From assembly GCA_016906335.1 (NCBI GenBank), contig JADEYG010000007.1, positions 1,612,001-1,676,000 of the forward strand: a DNA stretch of 64,000 bases. Reading direction: 5' to 3'. The position numbers and the translations under genes are program-made. A model generated the notes under the pieces. The model had not been told where the DNA came from. It saw nothing but the letters and a program-made list of their open reading frames with translations, and searched no databases. Positions 49,163-61,374 of this stretch are shown piece after piece. The number at the start of each line of letters is the position of its first letter. Within the stretch, counting starts at the first letter, position 1. The stretch is from Novakomyces olei (Eukaryota).

Positions 49163-49921
49163 TCACTCCGCAACAAGACAAGATTTGCGCGTAGTGCTCG
49201 ACGATTGGTTTTGTAAACAATTATTCAATTCATTGGTTTGATCTCTGTCAAGAACTTGATCAGACAGTAGAAACAACGCACGACAGCTATTGCTGCCCGC
49301 AATAGCCCTGCATTGGCGCTCATTCAATGAATGCGTCCAAAAGAAAACACACTCATTATAATTCCTATTATAAATGTTTTTTAATATTTCTGTCACCCGA
49401 GGCACGAATGCCGAAGGCTCCAGTTCAAGTAGTCTGAGGGCTAATTTCTTGGCCTCTTTGACTTTGGCCCGGTGACTTGTCGCAAAATTTCTTTGGCAGC
49501 ACTGAGCTCGCTGCTTGGAATTTGCGGTTTCAGAGCATGCTCGTTGCGATTCGGCATCGAATGGGACAAATCGTGCCTTGTATGTTTTCCGACATGCAAT
49601 AAACTCAATCTTGTCTGCGTATTCCGGCAAATGAGCCTTTGAAGATGCTGCTTGTGCTGCCGCACTTCCAAAGTCTTCGTAAGCTTTCTCGTACCAAGGC
49701 AGTGGCATTGGGCTATTCGGCAAAGGATCCATGAAGCCCATATCGTACACGCTTTGATTTATACCAATCCAACAAAATCTAGCCAGGAACGAAAGCATTT
49801 CAACGTGAAAAATAAGCATGGCGGGACGGGTTTTAACAGGCTTAGATCCTTTACGTCGAAGATATTTCCTCCTTCTTTCCTTGCTCGCTCGCAGTTTAAT
49901 CACTGAAAATTTTGACTGCAC
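49163..49921 (-). CDS. Orphan ORF, 252 codons; true 5' end uncertain
   Basis: Long open frame in AT-rich surroundings, with no recognisable motif. Confidence 0.5.
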   Translation of the reverse strand: MQSKFSVIKLRASKERRRKYLRRKGSKPVKTRPAMLIFHVEMLSFLARFCWIGINQSVYDMGFMDPLPNSPMPLPWYEKAYEDFGSAAAQAASSKAHLPEYADKIEFIACRKTYKARFVPFDAESQRACSETANSKQRAQCCQRNFATSHRAKVKEAKKLALRLLELEPSAFVPRVTEILKNIYNRNYNECVFFWTHSLNERQCRAIAGSNSCRALFLLSDQVLDRDQTNELNNCLQNQSSSTTRKSCLVAE

Positions 49922-50634
49922 GCTGCTTTTCTATCGTCCATCTGACGTACAGATCCTCTGCTCAACTCGATCTTGTATATAGCCACCCAAAATTAAGCCT
50001 ATGTTAGCCTTTACGAGGCCATGCTTCTAGCGTAACATGGCCAGGTGACACACAGAGTTTCGTGATCAAATGCCGTTTTATTACCTTTTGCCGCTAGCAT
50101 TTGTGAGAGCAGGTACGATTGGACAGAGCAAACATGGAATTGCTGTTGGCTTGAATAGTTTCATAGCAAACTATTGTGTCATATTCGAATGAGTCCAAAA
50201 AGCTTTTTGTAAACATAGTGTATTGGTAAAACTGCAGACGCGTTGCATCTTTTGATAGAGATGACGCTCTATTTATATTAATTAATTCATATTAATTAAT
50301 TTATATTCATTTATTCATTTATAATAATTTTATTTATACTGATTTATTTCTATTAATTTTATATTTATTTATTGATTTATTTCTATTCGTTTATTGTACA
50401 TTTTTCACATTGAATTATTCCCATCTTTTTATGACTCAATTTTCTTTTAGCTTTTGCTTACTTTAAATATTTGTTATATGGATAAACAGTGCTAATTGTG
50501 TCTCAGCACACTATAATCCCTTTGCAAATTCATACATAAAATACTGTCACAAAGTAAACGTAATCATACCAAGGCCACGCAATCCTGATCACGATACCTC
50601 TGCATTGCCACGAAGGATAAGTGAGGGGATAAAC

Positions 50635-52118
50635 ATGGGCAGTGTCGGCGATTTGGCTCACGCAGAGCAGCTTTTGGCTGCAGGCCAGACTGCGGAGGCT
50701 GAGCAGGAACTGCTGCAGATTGTCCGATCCGGTGCAGGTAAAGATGCTGGCAACAGCGGCTTTTACAACGACGCGGATGCGCGCAAGTTGGAGAACTCGC
50801 TATACGCACTAGGCCGTCTCTACCGTGATCAAAAGTATGGTTTATTCTTGTTTTCTAATGCTAAAATACCAGGGATGCCGGCAAGTTATCACAAGTGATT
50901 GAGCAGACATGGCCGCTCATGGGCCATTTTGCCAAAGCTAAAACGTCAAAGATTGGTAATTACTATGCCAGAACTTTCTCATAATTCATGTCGCTAATAA
51001 TAGTTCGAACACTCTTGGATTATATGGCAGAAATCCCTGATAGCACTCTGGTGCAGATTGAGATTATCAGACAAAATATCGCATTGTCGAAACAAGAACG
51101 ACGGGCTTATTTGCGGCAAGCACTGGAAACCCGGCTTGTTGCTCTGTATTTGTCAGCGCAGCAGTATAATGACGCTTTACAGTTAATTGGCTCTTTGTTG
51201 AAGCAGTTAAAGCGGCTCGACGATAAGCTTGTGCTCGTGGAAGTGCATCTTTTGGAAAGCCGGGTCTATCATGCGATCCGCAATATTCCCAAGGCTCGAG
51301 GCGCATTGACCTCCGCGCGTACAAACGGCAATGCTATCTACGTTTCTCCAGCTCTACAAGCCGGACTTGATATGCAATCAGGCATTTTACACGCAGAAGA
51401 TAAAGACTTTAAGACTGCTTATTCCTACTTTTACGAGGCTCTGGAAGGCTATTCACAGCAAACTAGCCCACGCGCTATTTTTGCGCTAAAGTATATGCTC
51501 CTTTGCCTAATTATGCTCAATTCTGTGGATGAACTGCGGCAAGTGCTGAGCGGGAAGCTGGCGCTCAAGTATCAGGGACCTCACTTGGAAGCAATGCGGG
51601 CAGTAGCCAAAGCACACGAAGATCGGTCATTGGCTGCCTTTGAAAGAGCATTGCAAGATTACCGGGATGGTACGATATATAAACGATTCATTTACCGCTA
51701 CATTAAGAGAATATTCAAAAAAATAAAAAGAATATTAGTATCATATTTATAGTGTTTAATACTAACCAGCCTAGAATTACAAAGCGACCCTATTATCCGA
51801 TCCCATTTCTCTGCCCTATACGATACAATGCTGGAACAAAATTTGGTAAAGGTGATTGAACCCTTTTCGCGAGTTGAAATCCAACATATTGCGGACGTTG
51901 TGGGCCTGTCTGTCATGCAAGTCGAAGGAAAGCTGAGCCAAATGATTCTTGATCGTGTATTTTTCGGTGTTTTAGACCAAGGAGCCGGTTGCTTGGACGT
52001 GTACACTGAGCCACAGCATGATCGTGCCTACACCGCGGCTTTGGACGCAGTCCGGCACATGACTTCTGTCGTCGATTTGCTGGTTGAAAACAAAGCGGGA
52101 CGTCTGATTGAACAGTAG
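50635..52118 (+). CDS. RPN6: 26S proteasome lid subunit Rpn6, 4 exons
   Basis: FAKAKTSKI|VRTL; LKRLDDKLVLVEVHLLES; LDMQSGILHAEDKDFKTAYSYFYE; PCI domain LEQNLVKVIEPFSRVEI...KLSQMILD. Confidence 0.97.
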
Positions 52119-52984
52119 ATTTGTCTAATGAATTTACTGCAAATAACTAAATAAATAACAAGTAAATAAATAAATAATTTTATTCATCCTACTATATTCG
52201 TTTGCATGCGTTTTGTAACGATAAAAGAACGACTTTTAATTTTGTCCGGCGGCTACTACTGGACACAGGACTAGTACATTTATAAGATATGATGTCTTGC
52301 AATAGAATAATATTAAACATATAGTGTATATATAATGCACAATACATGTCGGCAACATTATGTACGCTTTTCACATATATCGGCAGTATTCTGTTTTCGT
52401 TCTTCATATCTGCGTGCACTCTATATTGTCAAAAATATTGCCTTATCGCACACACAGGCAGCCCACATTAGATTAGAGATAGAGTGGGTGCACACTGCTT
52501 ACGTAGTACCGAGTCTCGCTTAATATCAGTGTGCCAATGTGGACAAGTGTGGACAAATTAGCGTGCGATACCGCGGTTAAGCCTCTTTCCCCACGTACAT
52601 CCAAGATGGGAATGGCCAAGTAATATTAAAGCGCAACTTCTCGGCGCAATTAGAGTACGAGCGACCATAGTTTCGCAAGCAAGGAACGTCTTTTGGATTG
52701 GAAGCAGAGTATAAGAGACTGTGCTTGACAGGATTTTAAAGCACTTTAAAGCACTTTTAAGAGACAGCGTACTACTGCGCAAGTCAATACTAAACAGTGG
52801 ACTGATAGAGTCAATACTAATCAGCCGACTAAAGTCAACTAGTGTCAGCTAAAGTCAACTATTGTCACTATTGTCAAGTGAAGCAGCCCAGTTCCGTCCG
52901 AGATCGCACAAGGAATAAGCGCATTAAACAGAAAGGCACAGATCGCTTGTTTAGACGGGAAAAAGCTTTCTTGACCGGCAGAAA

Positions 52985-54139
52985 ATGTCTTCAAACGCAT
53001 ATACGGCAGGAGCAGTGCCGCCGGAGAACCGTGTAGCCGATGCGCGTGCGGCAGATCCCGATAAGGATGAGGAGGAGGAGGAGGATATGTTTGCCGCAGT
53101 ACGTAATGAACGGTTGGGCCGAGGCGCGAGTGGCGGCTATGGCCGTCAGCCAGTAATGTCGACAAGCAAGAGCAGCAACAGCAATCATCTGGGCGGGTCG
53201 GGGCAAGGTGCGGACGCGTCTATCAGTAACAATAGGCTTATTGCCGTGGAGCCTTACCGCAAGGAAGACTTGCAGCCATCATACACGTACACGATCCCTG
53301 AAGGCCACGGCAGTACTGGCACTTATGCTTCGATGATTACTTGTCTGGGGGGTATTGTAGGAGCAATGGGCTCTGTGCCCTGCTGTGTTTGCTGCCCGAA
53401 TCCTTACAAGGAGGTCGATCAAGGCCAGGTGGGTATTGTTACACACTTTGGCCGATTCTACAGATCAGTTGACCCGGGACTGCACAAGATAAATCCGTTC
53501 AGTGATAAACTTACGCGTGTGGATATCCGCATAATCGTCGTCGAAATCCCACGTCAGATTTGTGTAACCAAGGACAATTGTACGGTTACGGTTACTAGTG
53601 TGCTTTACTACCATATTGTATCACCACACAAGGCAGTCTTCAGTATCAGTGATATCCGTCAAGCACTGACAGAAAGATGTCAGACGACTTTACGTCATGT
53701 CATCGGTGCACGAGTGTTACAGGACGTCATTGAACGACGCGAGGAGATTGCAAACTCTATCCAGGAAATTATCTCTGAGCCTGCAGCCACCTGGGGAGTA
53801 AAAGTGGAATCCATACTCATAAAGGACATTAATGTTAGCCAAGAGTTGCAAGAGTCATTGTCTATGGCCGCGCAGAGCCGTCGTATCGGTGAATCAAAGA
53901 TTATTACTGCTAAAGCTGAAGTTGAGAGCGCTAAACTCATGCGTCAGGCAGCCGATATATTGTCGTCCAAGGCAGCTATGCAAATTCGCTACCTCGAGGC
54001 AATGCAAGCAATGGCGAACTCGTCTAATTCTAAAGTAATCTTCATGCCGGGATCAAATGATATTGAGCGTGCTGCGTCAGGTGATCTGCCACCTGACGTC
54101 ACTAATACTTTGCACTTGACCAACGCAAGTCAGCTTTAG
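52985..54139 (+). CDS. Stomatin/SPFH (Band 7) family protein
   Basis: CCVCCPNPY; VDPGL; Q.CVTKDN; QTTLRHVIG; ERREEIA; WGVKVESILIKD; AMQIRYLEAM. Confidence 0.95.
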   Translation: MSSNAYTAGAVPPENRVADARAADPDKDEEEEEDMFAAVRNERLGRGASGGYGRQPVMSTSKSSNSNHLGGSGQGADASISNNRLIAVEPYRKEDLQPSYTYTIPEGHGSTGTYASMITCLGGIVGAMGSVPCCVCCPNPYKEVDQGQVGIVTHFGRFYRSVDPGLHKINPFSDKLTRVDIRIIVVEIPRQICVTKDNCTVTVTSVLYYHIVSPHKAVFSISDIRQALTERCQTTLRHVIGARVLQDVIERREEIANSIQEIISEPAATWGVKVESILIKDINVSQELQESLSMAAQSRRIGESKIITAKAEVESAKLMRQAADILSSKAAMQIRYLEAMQAMANSSNSKVIFMPGSNDIERAASGDLPPDVTNTLHLTNASQL

Positions 54140-55204
54140 GTTTTGTTCAAGCTTCACGTGTTTGTCAAGTTTAGCTCTTTCATGTTGTGGTATCCGCATG
54201 ACGGATTTGTTTTGGATTTTACCCTATGTTTTGTGTACTGTGTTTTAGTAATGATTAATGAATTATGCTCAATCTACCGTATCGCTATTACTACTCGCAC
54301 AGCGCCGAGCGTAACGCCTGTGAAAAATTCCATTGAACCCATCATTAATTGTGGATATGAGTGCGTTTGGAATAGAGTTTGAACGATATATTTGTTTGCA
54401 TCAAGATACATTATTTGGTGGTCATTATAATCCACATTTTATCGTCAAAATGACGGCTTCGATAGCGTACTTTACTTGTCATAAAATGCCGCATACGAAA
54501 GCTGTCCGGAGCCATATATCATCGCAATTTCGTATATAAAAGTATTACCCCGTATATTTGTATTTTACAATAACAAAGCCGAAAATAGCTAATCATACAA
54601 GAATTCAGTCAAATAAGAATTCAGTCATATTGAATAAGCTTAATGTAAAAATTGGCATGTCTATTAATACCTATAAAATACGACTCGTATAATAATCTCC
54701 CAATAATCGATTTCTTAATAATCTCCCAATAATCTCTTGGTATTAGCAATCTCCTATATTAGCAATCTCTTTTACCAATCTTAATATTCTCTACCCCAAA
54801 ACAAACTTTACCCCGGAAAATGTCATGACATTGCATCTTCACACAGCCAAAGCCTCGTGTTCACACAATAGCGGTCACGTGCAGCCTCAATGTACATAGC
54901 AGATCACGTGTCTTTTATTTGTGGTCATTACTGCGATCGCATAGTCCCGTTAACGGAGGTTTAGAATACAGAGCCGCGCGATCAGATTGTTGAATACGCA
55001 AAGGCAACGGCGACGGCGACGGGATACTTGACGCCATCGTTCACGACCAGCAGCCATTTAAACGCGTCTCTGCCATTCCTAATTCTGGGCAGCGCTTTAG
55101 TTGGAGACAAGAGCCAAACTGATCAAGAACAAAACTGATCTAGAGCAAATCTATAGTACTTGTTGAAACCGATACTAATTAAACTTTTAAAGTGCTGCTA
55201 GCGG

Positions 55205-56509
55205 ATGGAAGTACAATGGCGCCCGTCGACAATCTCGCTACCGCGCTCGCTTCTTGTCCGCTACAAGGCAGTCGTCTTGTCATTGGCTATTTTTCTTACA
55301 ATCTTTCTGCTGAGGTGTAATGGTGTCCCGACTTTAGTGGGCCAGGACGGTCTCGTGTACACTCGGCGCGACGTAGATGCCGCTTGGCGCTATATGTACA
55401 ATCACGCAGTCTCATCCGTGTCCCGGCAAGATCGTGAGAACTGGGAAGCGGCACAGGCACGTGAAAAGGCCGGAAGGAGCGAGAATGTAGTAGTGGAAGG
55501 GGACGATCTTGTGCTACAGGATCCTTCGTTTAGAGATGGGCGGCAAGTGTACATGACCATGCTGACACCAATGGTGCCCTCGGCCAAAGCCAAAAGCCCG
55601 ATTGACTGGTACTTTATGGCAACTCGCGTCCTCGTGTACCGGCTCCTTCGGCATCCACTGTGCCGAGGAAAGCACCCCGTGGTCGTACTGGCTCTGCCTG
55701 GCGTAGACGAGTGGAAGCTTCGTCGACTAGAGCGCGATGGGGCAATTATTAGGCGACTTGACCCTCTTACGTACAACGATATTGCCGGTGCTTGGGCTGT
55801 TAATCTCAACACGGAGCCCCGATGGGTCGACCAGTTTTCTAAACTGAGGATTTTTCAAATGACGGAGTATGATCGAATCGTATACTTGGACGCAGACTTT
55901 CTCGTTCTTGAACCACTAGATGCTCTGTTTGAAATGCCTTTGGCACAGACGGGGTCTGAAGCTCTTGCAAAAGCCGACTACTCTATTCGCTATGACAGTC
56001 CAGACAAGTTTAATGTAACCGAGACTTTTATAGAGCCGCAAAGCGCTCTGCCTCTTCCAGAAAGTTTTCCTTTTCTTTTTGCCGCTGTTCCTGATAACGC
56101 TGGTCCCAATCACACAACGCCGCCTCGGTTCAAGGGTACGGAGGTGGCATTAAACGCTGGCCTGCTTGTCCTTTCTCCATCAGCTGCCCTTTACCAACGG
56201 ATCCTTGAAATCGGACGGCACCCGGCTCTGTATGACCACGGGCGCGGGATGGAACAGGGCTTACTGAGAGCTGTGTTTAGGCGGACAGGTCCAACGCCTT
56301 TTACGCCCCTGCCTTGGACGTACAATGGCATGTGGGCAAACATGAGAGATTTCCCCTATCTCCGGACTGTGCACGGCAAATTTTGGGCTCTTCAGCAGGA
56401 TAAATTTGCTGGTCTGCTGCCAGATCGGATACTCGCCGAGTGGTGGAGAGCTTTAGGCGAAATGGAAGGATATTGGATGGCTCGGGAGGAGACTGTGGAT
56501 GGTGTCTGA
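55205..56509 (+). CDS. GT8 glycosyltransferase (Otg/Gnt1-like, type II membrane)
   Basis: N-terminal TM; YFMATRVL, RWVDQFSKLRIFQMTEYDRIVYLDAD (DxD), LNAGLLVLSPS, MEQGLL and HGKFW. Confidence 0.9.
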   Translation: MEVQWRPSTISLPRSLLVRYKAVVLSLAIFLTIFLLRCNGVPTLVGQDGLVYTRRDVDAAWRYMYNHAVSSVSRQDRENWEAAQAREKAGRSENVVVEGDDLVLQDPSFRDGRQVYMTMLTPMVPSAKAKSPIDWYFMATRVLVYRLLRHPLCRGKHPVVVLALPGVDEWKLRRLERDGAIIRRLDPLTYNDIAGAWAVNLNTEPRWVDQFSKLRIFQMTEYDRIVYLDADFLVLEPLDALFEMPLAQTGSEALAKADYSIRYDSPDKFNVTETFIEPQSALPLPESFPFLFAAVPDNAGPNHTTPPRFKGTEVALNAGLLVLSPSAALYQRILEIGRHPALYDHGRGMEQGLLRAVFRRTGPTPFTPLPWTYNGMWANMRDFPYLRTVHGKFWALQQDKFAGLLPDRILAEWWRALGEMEGYWMAREETVDGV

Positions 56510-56946
56510 TTACAGATATCAGTTTCCTGTGGCTATTAATTTGGGGGGAAAGGAAAGAATTAATGAAGAAAGAATTAATGAAGAAAGAGTTAATGAATGC
56601 ATCTCTGAGTTAATAATAATTAATATAATGAATCAACCTATATTCACGATCCTACAGTCAATAAAGTTTGTTTTACATTTGAATGGCAATGTGCCAATCA
56701 CGATGTATTCACGTGATCGAGGAAAATCAGAATTAGACTTGCAAAGTGTTCAAGGCTGCCCCGTCATTTCAGGGCTGACTGAAATATTGTAAAGTATTAG
56801 ACAGATTTGGTTCTATTATTTATTCTACACCAAAACAAAAACGACATGAAAAGCAAACAAAAAGCAAACAAACAGCACAATGCTCCGGCGTTAGTATATC
56901 CAGACATGACTATTCGCCTGTAAACGCACATCAACTTTTTATATGC

Positions 56947-58539
56947 TCACTGCAGCATTGCCGGTCCACGAAACGGGTTCCCCGTCAGCCGGCGAAAGTA
57001 ATAGTATCCGATGGAAATCAGGAGGAACCCGACAAAAACAACGCTGGCATAGTTCATAGTGCTCGGAGTCGTCGGCATACTCTGTGGCAGAACGAGAATA
57101 ACCGATACGAACGCGACCCACGCTACAGCGTACGCGTTGACAAAAGGCGATACGCGTCCCATATTAATAGGCCCCGGCTTGTAGTCGTTCCGGCCGGCGT
57201 ACACTAGTTTACAGAGCACGGGAACCGCGTACGAGAGGTCGAGCGCGATTGACGTGACCGCAAAAATTGCCTCCATCGCCACATAACTCGCCAAATCCAA
57301 GAGGGCAAGAAGCATTCCAATAAAGCATACCAGCCAGACCGCGTTTAAGGGGGTGTGTACAACACTGTTTACGCGTCTCCACGCGTTTGAAAAGGGTATC
57401 ATATCGTCTCGCGCCATAGCGAACACTGTTCGAGAGGCCGATTGGAGGCAGACCATGCATCCCGCGTTTTGCACGATAATGGTCAGTACCATCATGGCCA
57501 CGGCGCCGGAAACGCCAAAGTTTTCACGGTAAATAAGCATGACGGGAAGGCCCGAAGGCGCTTCCAGCAGAGCCGGAATATCCGTGCCCATACACAGTGT
57601 GACCACGATGAACAGGATCCAGCCGAGGACGGCAGTCAGCACGACTGCCGTTATAATGGCAATGGGGGCTTTAACAGCGGCGTCTGATACCTCCTCGGAA
57701 ACGTGGGCGGCTCCATCGTACTCTGTCATGAGCCATGCAACGGCCAAAAGGCCCAAGCAAAAGCTCAGCCCGTTGTTGTCCCATCCGGAATTGTTTTCAA
57801 AGTGCGTAAATACAAAGGCAGCTGAATTGCGTTGCTTACACGCAATTGGCAGGCCTATAATCACGGCAAGTACGGCGCCTATATTGACAATAGTATAGAA
57901 GGAAGTCATCCTGGCCAGCCAACGTGTGGGCAAAGAGTTTAGCGCCCCGTGCACAAACAGGCAAGCAATCATAACGCCGACAGTTTGGCCATTCGTAGCG
58001 ATCCAGGCTCCGTCTGTGGAGCAGAGCGAAGCCAGGGACATAATCTGTGAAGCCAGAGCGAAATCGGTGGAGGCAAACGACACTATCTGCCCGACCATGT
58101 TGAGCCATCCCACCGTCCAGGAAATCTGGGGCACATGGGCGGGTGGGACAAGGTGCTTTATGGCAAAGGCAATGCCCATACTCGTCGGGTAAGCGGAAAC
58201 GAGTTCGGCTACAGACAAGCCGATGCATATACAGCCACAAGCGCCCCAAAACCAGCTCCATACGACACACGCCGGCCCGCCAGCTGCTAAAGGCGTGTAA
58301 AAAGTGGCCATTATTCCGGCCAGAATAGCGGTAACGCTAAAGGCAAAGCTCATTATAGAGAACCAGCCGAACTCGCGTCTCAGCTGGGGTTCATAGCCGT
58401 TCAAATGTAGCAATTCATCATCGCTTGCTCTGCCGCTCTTGCGCTGTCCCGAATCTTTGGGCGCGAGTTCGGTTGCGAATTCATGTTCCTGGCTGGGAAC
58501 CCATTTGCCCTCCACCGTATTGGCTTTGCTGTTTGCCAT
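56947..58539 (-). CDS. APC-superfamily amino acid/GABA permease (Uga4/Tpo5-like)
   Basis: GYEPQLRREF, GGPACVVWSW, SVAELVSAYPT, YDGAAHVSEE, SRTVFAMARD and MNYASV. Confidence 0.93.
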   Translation of the reverse strand: MANSKANTVEGKWVPSQEHEFATELAPKDSGQRKSGRASDDELLHLNGYEPQLRREFGWFSIMSFAFSVTAILAGIMATFYTPLAAGGPACVVWSWFWGACGCICIGLSVAELVSAYPTSMGIAFAIKHLVPPAHVPQISWTVGWLNMVGQIVSFASTDFALASQIMSLASLCSTDGAWIATNGQTVGVMIACLFVHGALNSLPTRWLARMTSFYTIVNIGAVLAVIIGLPIACKQRNSAAFVFTHFENNSGWDNNGLSFCLGLLAVAWLMTEYDGAAHVSEEVSDAAVKAPIAIITAVVLTAVLGWILFIVVTLCMGTDIPALLEAPSGLPVMLIYRENFGVSGAVAMMVLTIIVQNAGCMVCLQSASRTVFAMARDDMIPFSNAWRRVNSVVHTPLNAVWLVCFIGMLLALLDLASYVAMEAIFAVTSIALDLSYAVPVLCKLVYAGRNDYKPGPINMGRVSPFVNAYAVAWVAFVSVILVLPQSMPTTPSTMNYASVVFVGFLLISIGYYYFRRLTGNPFRGPAMLQ

Positions 58540-60486
58540 TGTTGCATAAATGCACAGCCACTGAGCATGAAATTGAGATGAGTATTAGACAAGAGTTTCC
58601 CCTCGATTCAGACGGGGTCAGTAAGCGAATGTAATGGAATCGAGGAGGTTGGAAAAGGTGCCAATTGGGAAAGTGATGAATATTAAATCGAGGAAAATAG
58701 CAATGGAGAAAAGTAGCAATTCTTCCCCAATTGACAAGAGTAATGAGGATACTGGCAAGCAAACCAAACCCGGTCTTTAGATTAAGAGCGTATAATTTGA
58801 AAACTCGTTTTAATTAACCAATTCAGTGCTGAGCAGTTAATTGGACTAATTGCAGCTATCCCAATCCTGCCTTGACTCCCTGAACAATGACCACTGAGGG
58901 GGCCAAACCGGTCAATCGGCTCTCTGCTTGTTCCCTCTTGCCACCCTGTGTCTACGCGTGCAGTGTTATTATTCTGGTAAAGATTCAGAGACTGTAATCT
59001 CTGCAATTTTCAGGTTCTGGTTTTAAGCACACGCCTTCAGTACAGTGCGTGTAGTCTTACCGTGAACTCTTAATTCCTAAAGCACCAATCCCTCGTTGCA
59101 GCCTCTCCTGTTTACAGAATTAGATGCTCCAAAATTTAGAATAACAATTGCTCAGAATGCGGTTCTCGATACCAACAGCCGTACAGGTTTGACGCTCTCA
59201 GCTTGAATATCGCAGATTCAGTAGTGGAATTAATGTTAATTCATACTCGCCGAGTTTATTAATACACTATTTTTTTATTTTATTTAATTTTAATTTTAAT
59301 TTTTTCCTCGCTATATTTCTTAAATATTTCCTTTATTTCTACCACTCTTTGCCCCACAATTCCGTGTTCTGGGGCCGAACTTGCCGCCACACTATTGGCT
59401 GAACGTGTGCATGGAATTCCCGCTTCTAGACTCTTGCCGATTACAGTTGTATGCTTGAACGCTGAGCCCGGCTCTTGTGTCCACATGCTCGTGTAGAAAG
59501 GCTAAGGCTCGTAGACCCGACAAAAATATATAGAAAATGAGCTTGAGATATGCTAATCAAGGCTAGCCAATAATCGGCCATTTTGTCGCTCGCTAATGTA
59601 TGGGACAATACTCAATAATAAAATGCTCAACAAGAGGCACGAATATAGCTCAATCCCAATTGTTTGGCAAGCAATTGTGGCCGTCTCGTCCGTGGACGAG
59701 CGTGGATGGGTGATATCATTAGACACTGCACGCTCGATTTATCGCTTGTATTTCGACCCTAATTCCGGCCCTATTTCCACGACTATAATAATCGCTTATA
59801 TTAGCCGCGCCGCCCACGTGAGCCGGGGAAAAGGATAGGGAAATTGTGTATGATGTAATAATACAAGCATGGACAAGTGGGAAGCACTTGCTTGGAATTG
59901 TTGCGCACGACTCGGCGGCCGACTTTGTAGAGCTATCTTTGTAAGCGCTCTCCTACATTCTTGCCGGGAGTGTCGGCTGTGGTAAGGTTTACGCTTGAGC
60001 GCTAGTGCCGTTAGGATTAGTAGCTTCATGTGACCCTACTTTAATACGAGGCAAATTTATAAAATAATAATAATTAATACATATTATTTGATTGTACGGC
60101 TTTTTCAATGAACATGCGACGGCTCTGTGCAAGCAGTTTAGGAATATATACAAATATATAATAAATACAGGTTTTGCTGGCTGTTTTACAGAGCGGTCAT
60201 GAAATTTTGGTTAAATCCTGCTCGACTGTTTATTATTAAATGCAGTATCCGAATAAATAAATTTTGAACCAATAAATATACCCAATATAAAATAGCCGAT
60301 GAATATATATAAATATACGTTCAAGTTTAAAAAGCCAATGGAATAATCACAAAATACGGCTCTCTACAAGTAATCTTCCAGGGAGCAGGCAGGCACATGA
60401 CAAAATATACTGCTGCATAACATACAATATACAAAATATATAATAAAAGTGAGTAAATATTGCCACAGCAAAATGTGATCTGCCGT

Positions 60487-61374
60487 ATGGCGGCCGACTA
60501 TGACCGGCTCGAGTATTGGGCGGCGCGGCTCCAGAACGAGCAATCGGCCGGCGGATTTGAGTGGCTGCCGAACGGCACAAATGTACTCCTTAATCGGCTC
60601 TCAGAGGATTTCTCAGCGGACGAGCCTGTCCGACTGCTTTTACACATTGGACCAGGATCGTCACTGCTGACGCACCAAATATTGCAAAAATTGCCCTCCT
60701 CGACACATATGGTAAGCATTGACTTTGCGGGGAAAGCCTACGGGGACTGTGAGCGGGACGAGTTTGTGACAGCAGACTTACTCGACTGGCGCGAGCTACG
60801 TCATATACTTAAAGCCCACGGACCTTTTGATGCCATCGTTGACAAGAGCACGTCCGACGCGGTGGCAACGTTTCCCGACGTCTGCTTTGCCGTCGCCGAT
60901 AATACGGGCAGCGGTCCACGTACGCCTCTTGAAAAGACGGCAATAGACAAAGATAGTACTTCACCAAGCAATGGCAATGGCGACAGCAACGAGTGCAGGA
61001 TCTTTATGCTTTCGCCCAAGGCGCTCAATGACGAAAGCACTATGGAAGACTGTGACGCGGACGCGGCACCGGCCGTGATTGATCTCCTGAAAAAGGCCAA
61101 ACCTGGCGCAAAATTTATTCGCATTTCGGCGCTGGAGCTTCTTACTATACATCTCCATTATCTGGCTGCATCTACTTGCAAATGGTACTGTTTAAGCTAT
61201 TCTGCAGACCGCTGGAGAGGTGTTACCGCGTCACCCTACTGGACAGTAGAGCTGGCGGCCCAGTTTTCTGCAAACAGCGGCGTTTCTAGCAAAGATAACG
61301 GTCGTATAGTCAATGCTCCAACAATTTTTCATCGGCTCTACCTGCTCCACCACCAATTGCCCGCTGGTTTATAG
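60487..61374 (+). CDS. SAM-dependent methyltransferase, EEF1AKMT4/METTL13-N-like
   Basis: DYDRLEYWAARL...FEWL; motif I LLHIGPGSS; SIDFA; ADLLD; FDAIVDKSTSDA; LSYS. Confidence 0.75.
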   Translation: MAADYDRLEYWAARLQNEQSAGGFEWLPNGTNVLLNRLSEDFSADEPVRLLLHIGPGSSLLTHQILQKLPSSTHMVSIDFAGKAYGDCERDEFVTADLLDWRELRHILKAHGPFDAIVDKSTSDAVATFPDVCFAVADNTGSGPRTPLEKTAIDKDSTSPSNGNGDSNECRIFMLSPKALNDESTMEDCDADAAPAVIDLLKKAKPGAKFIRISALELLTIHLHYLAASTCKWYCLSYSADRWRGVTASPYWTVELAAQFSANSGVSSKDNGRIVNAPTIFHRLYLLHHQLPAGL

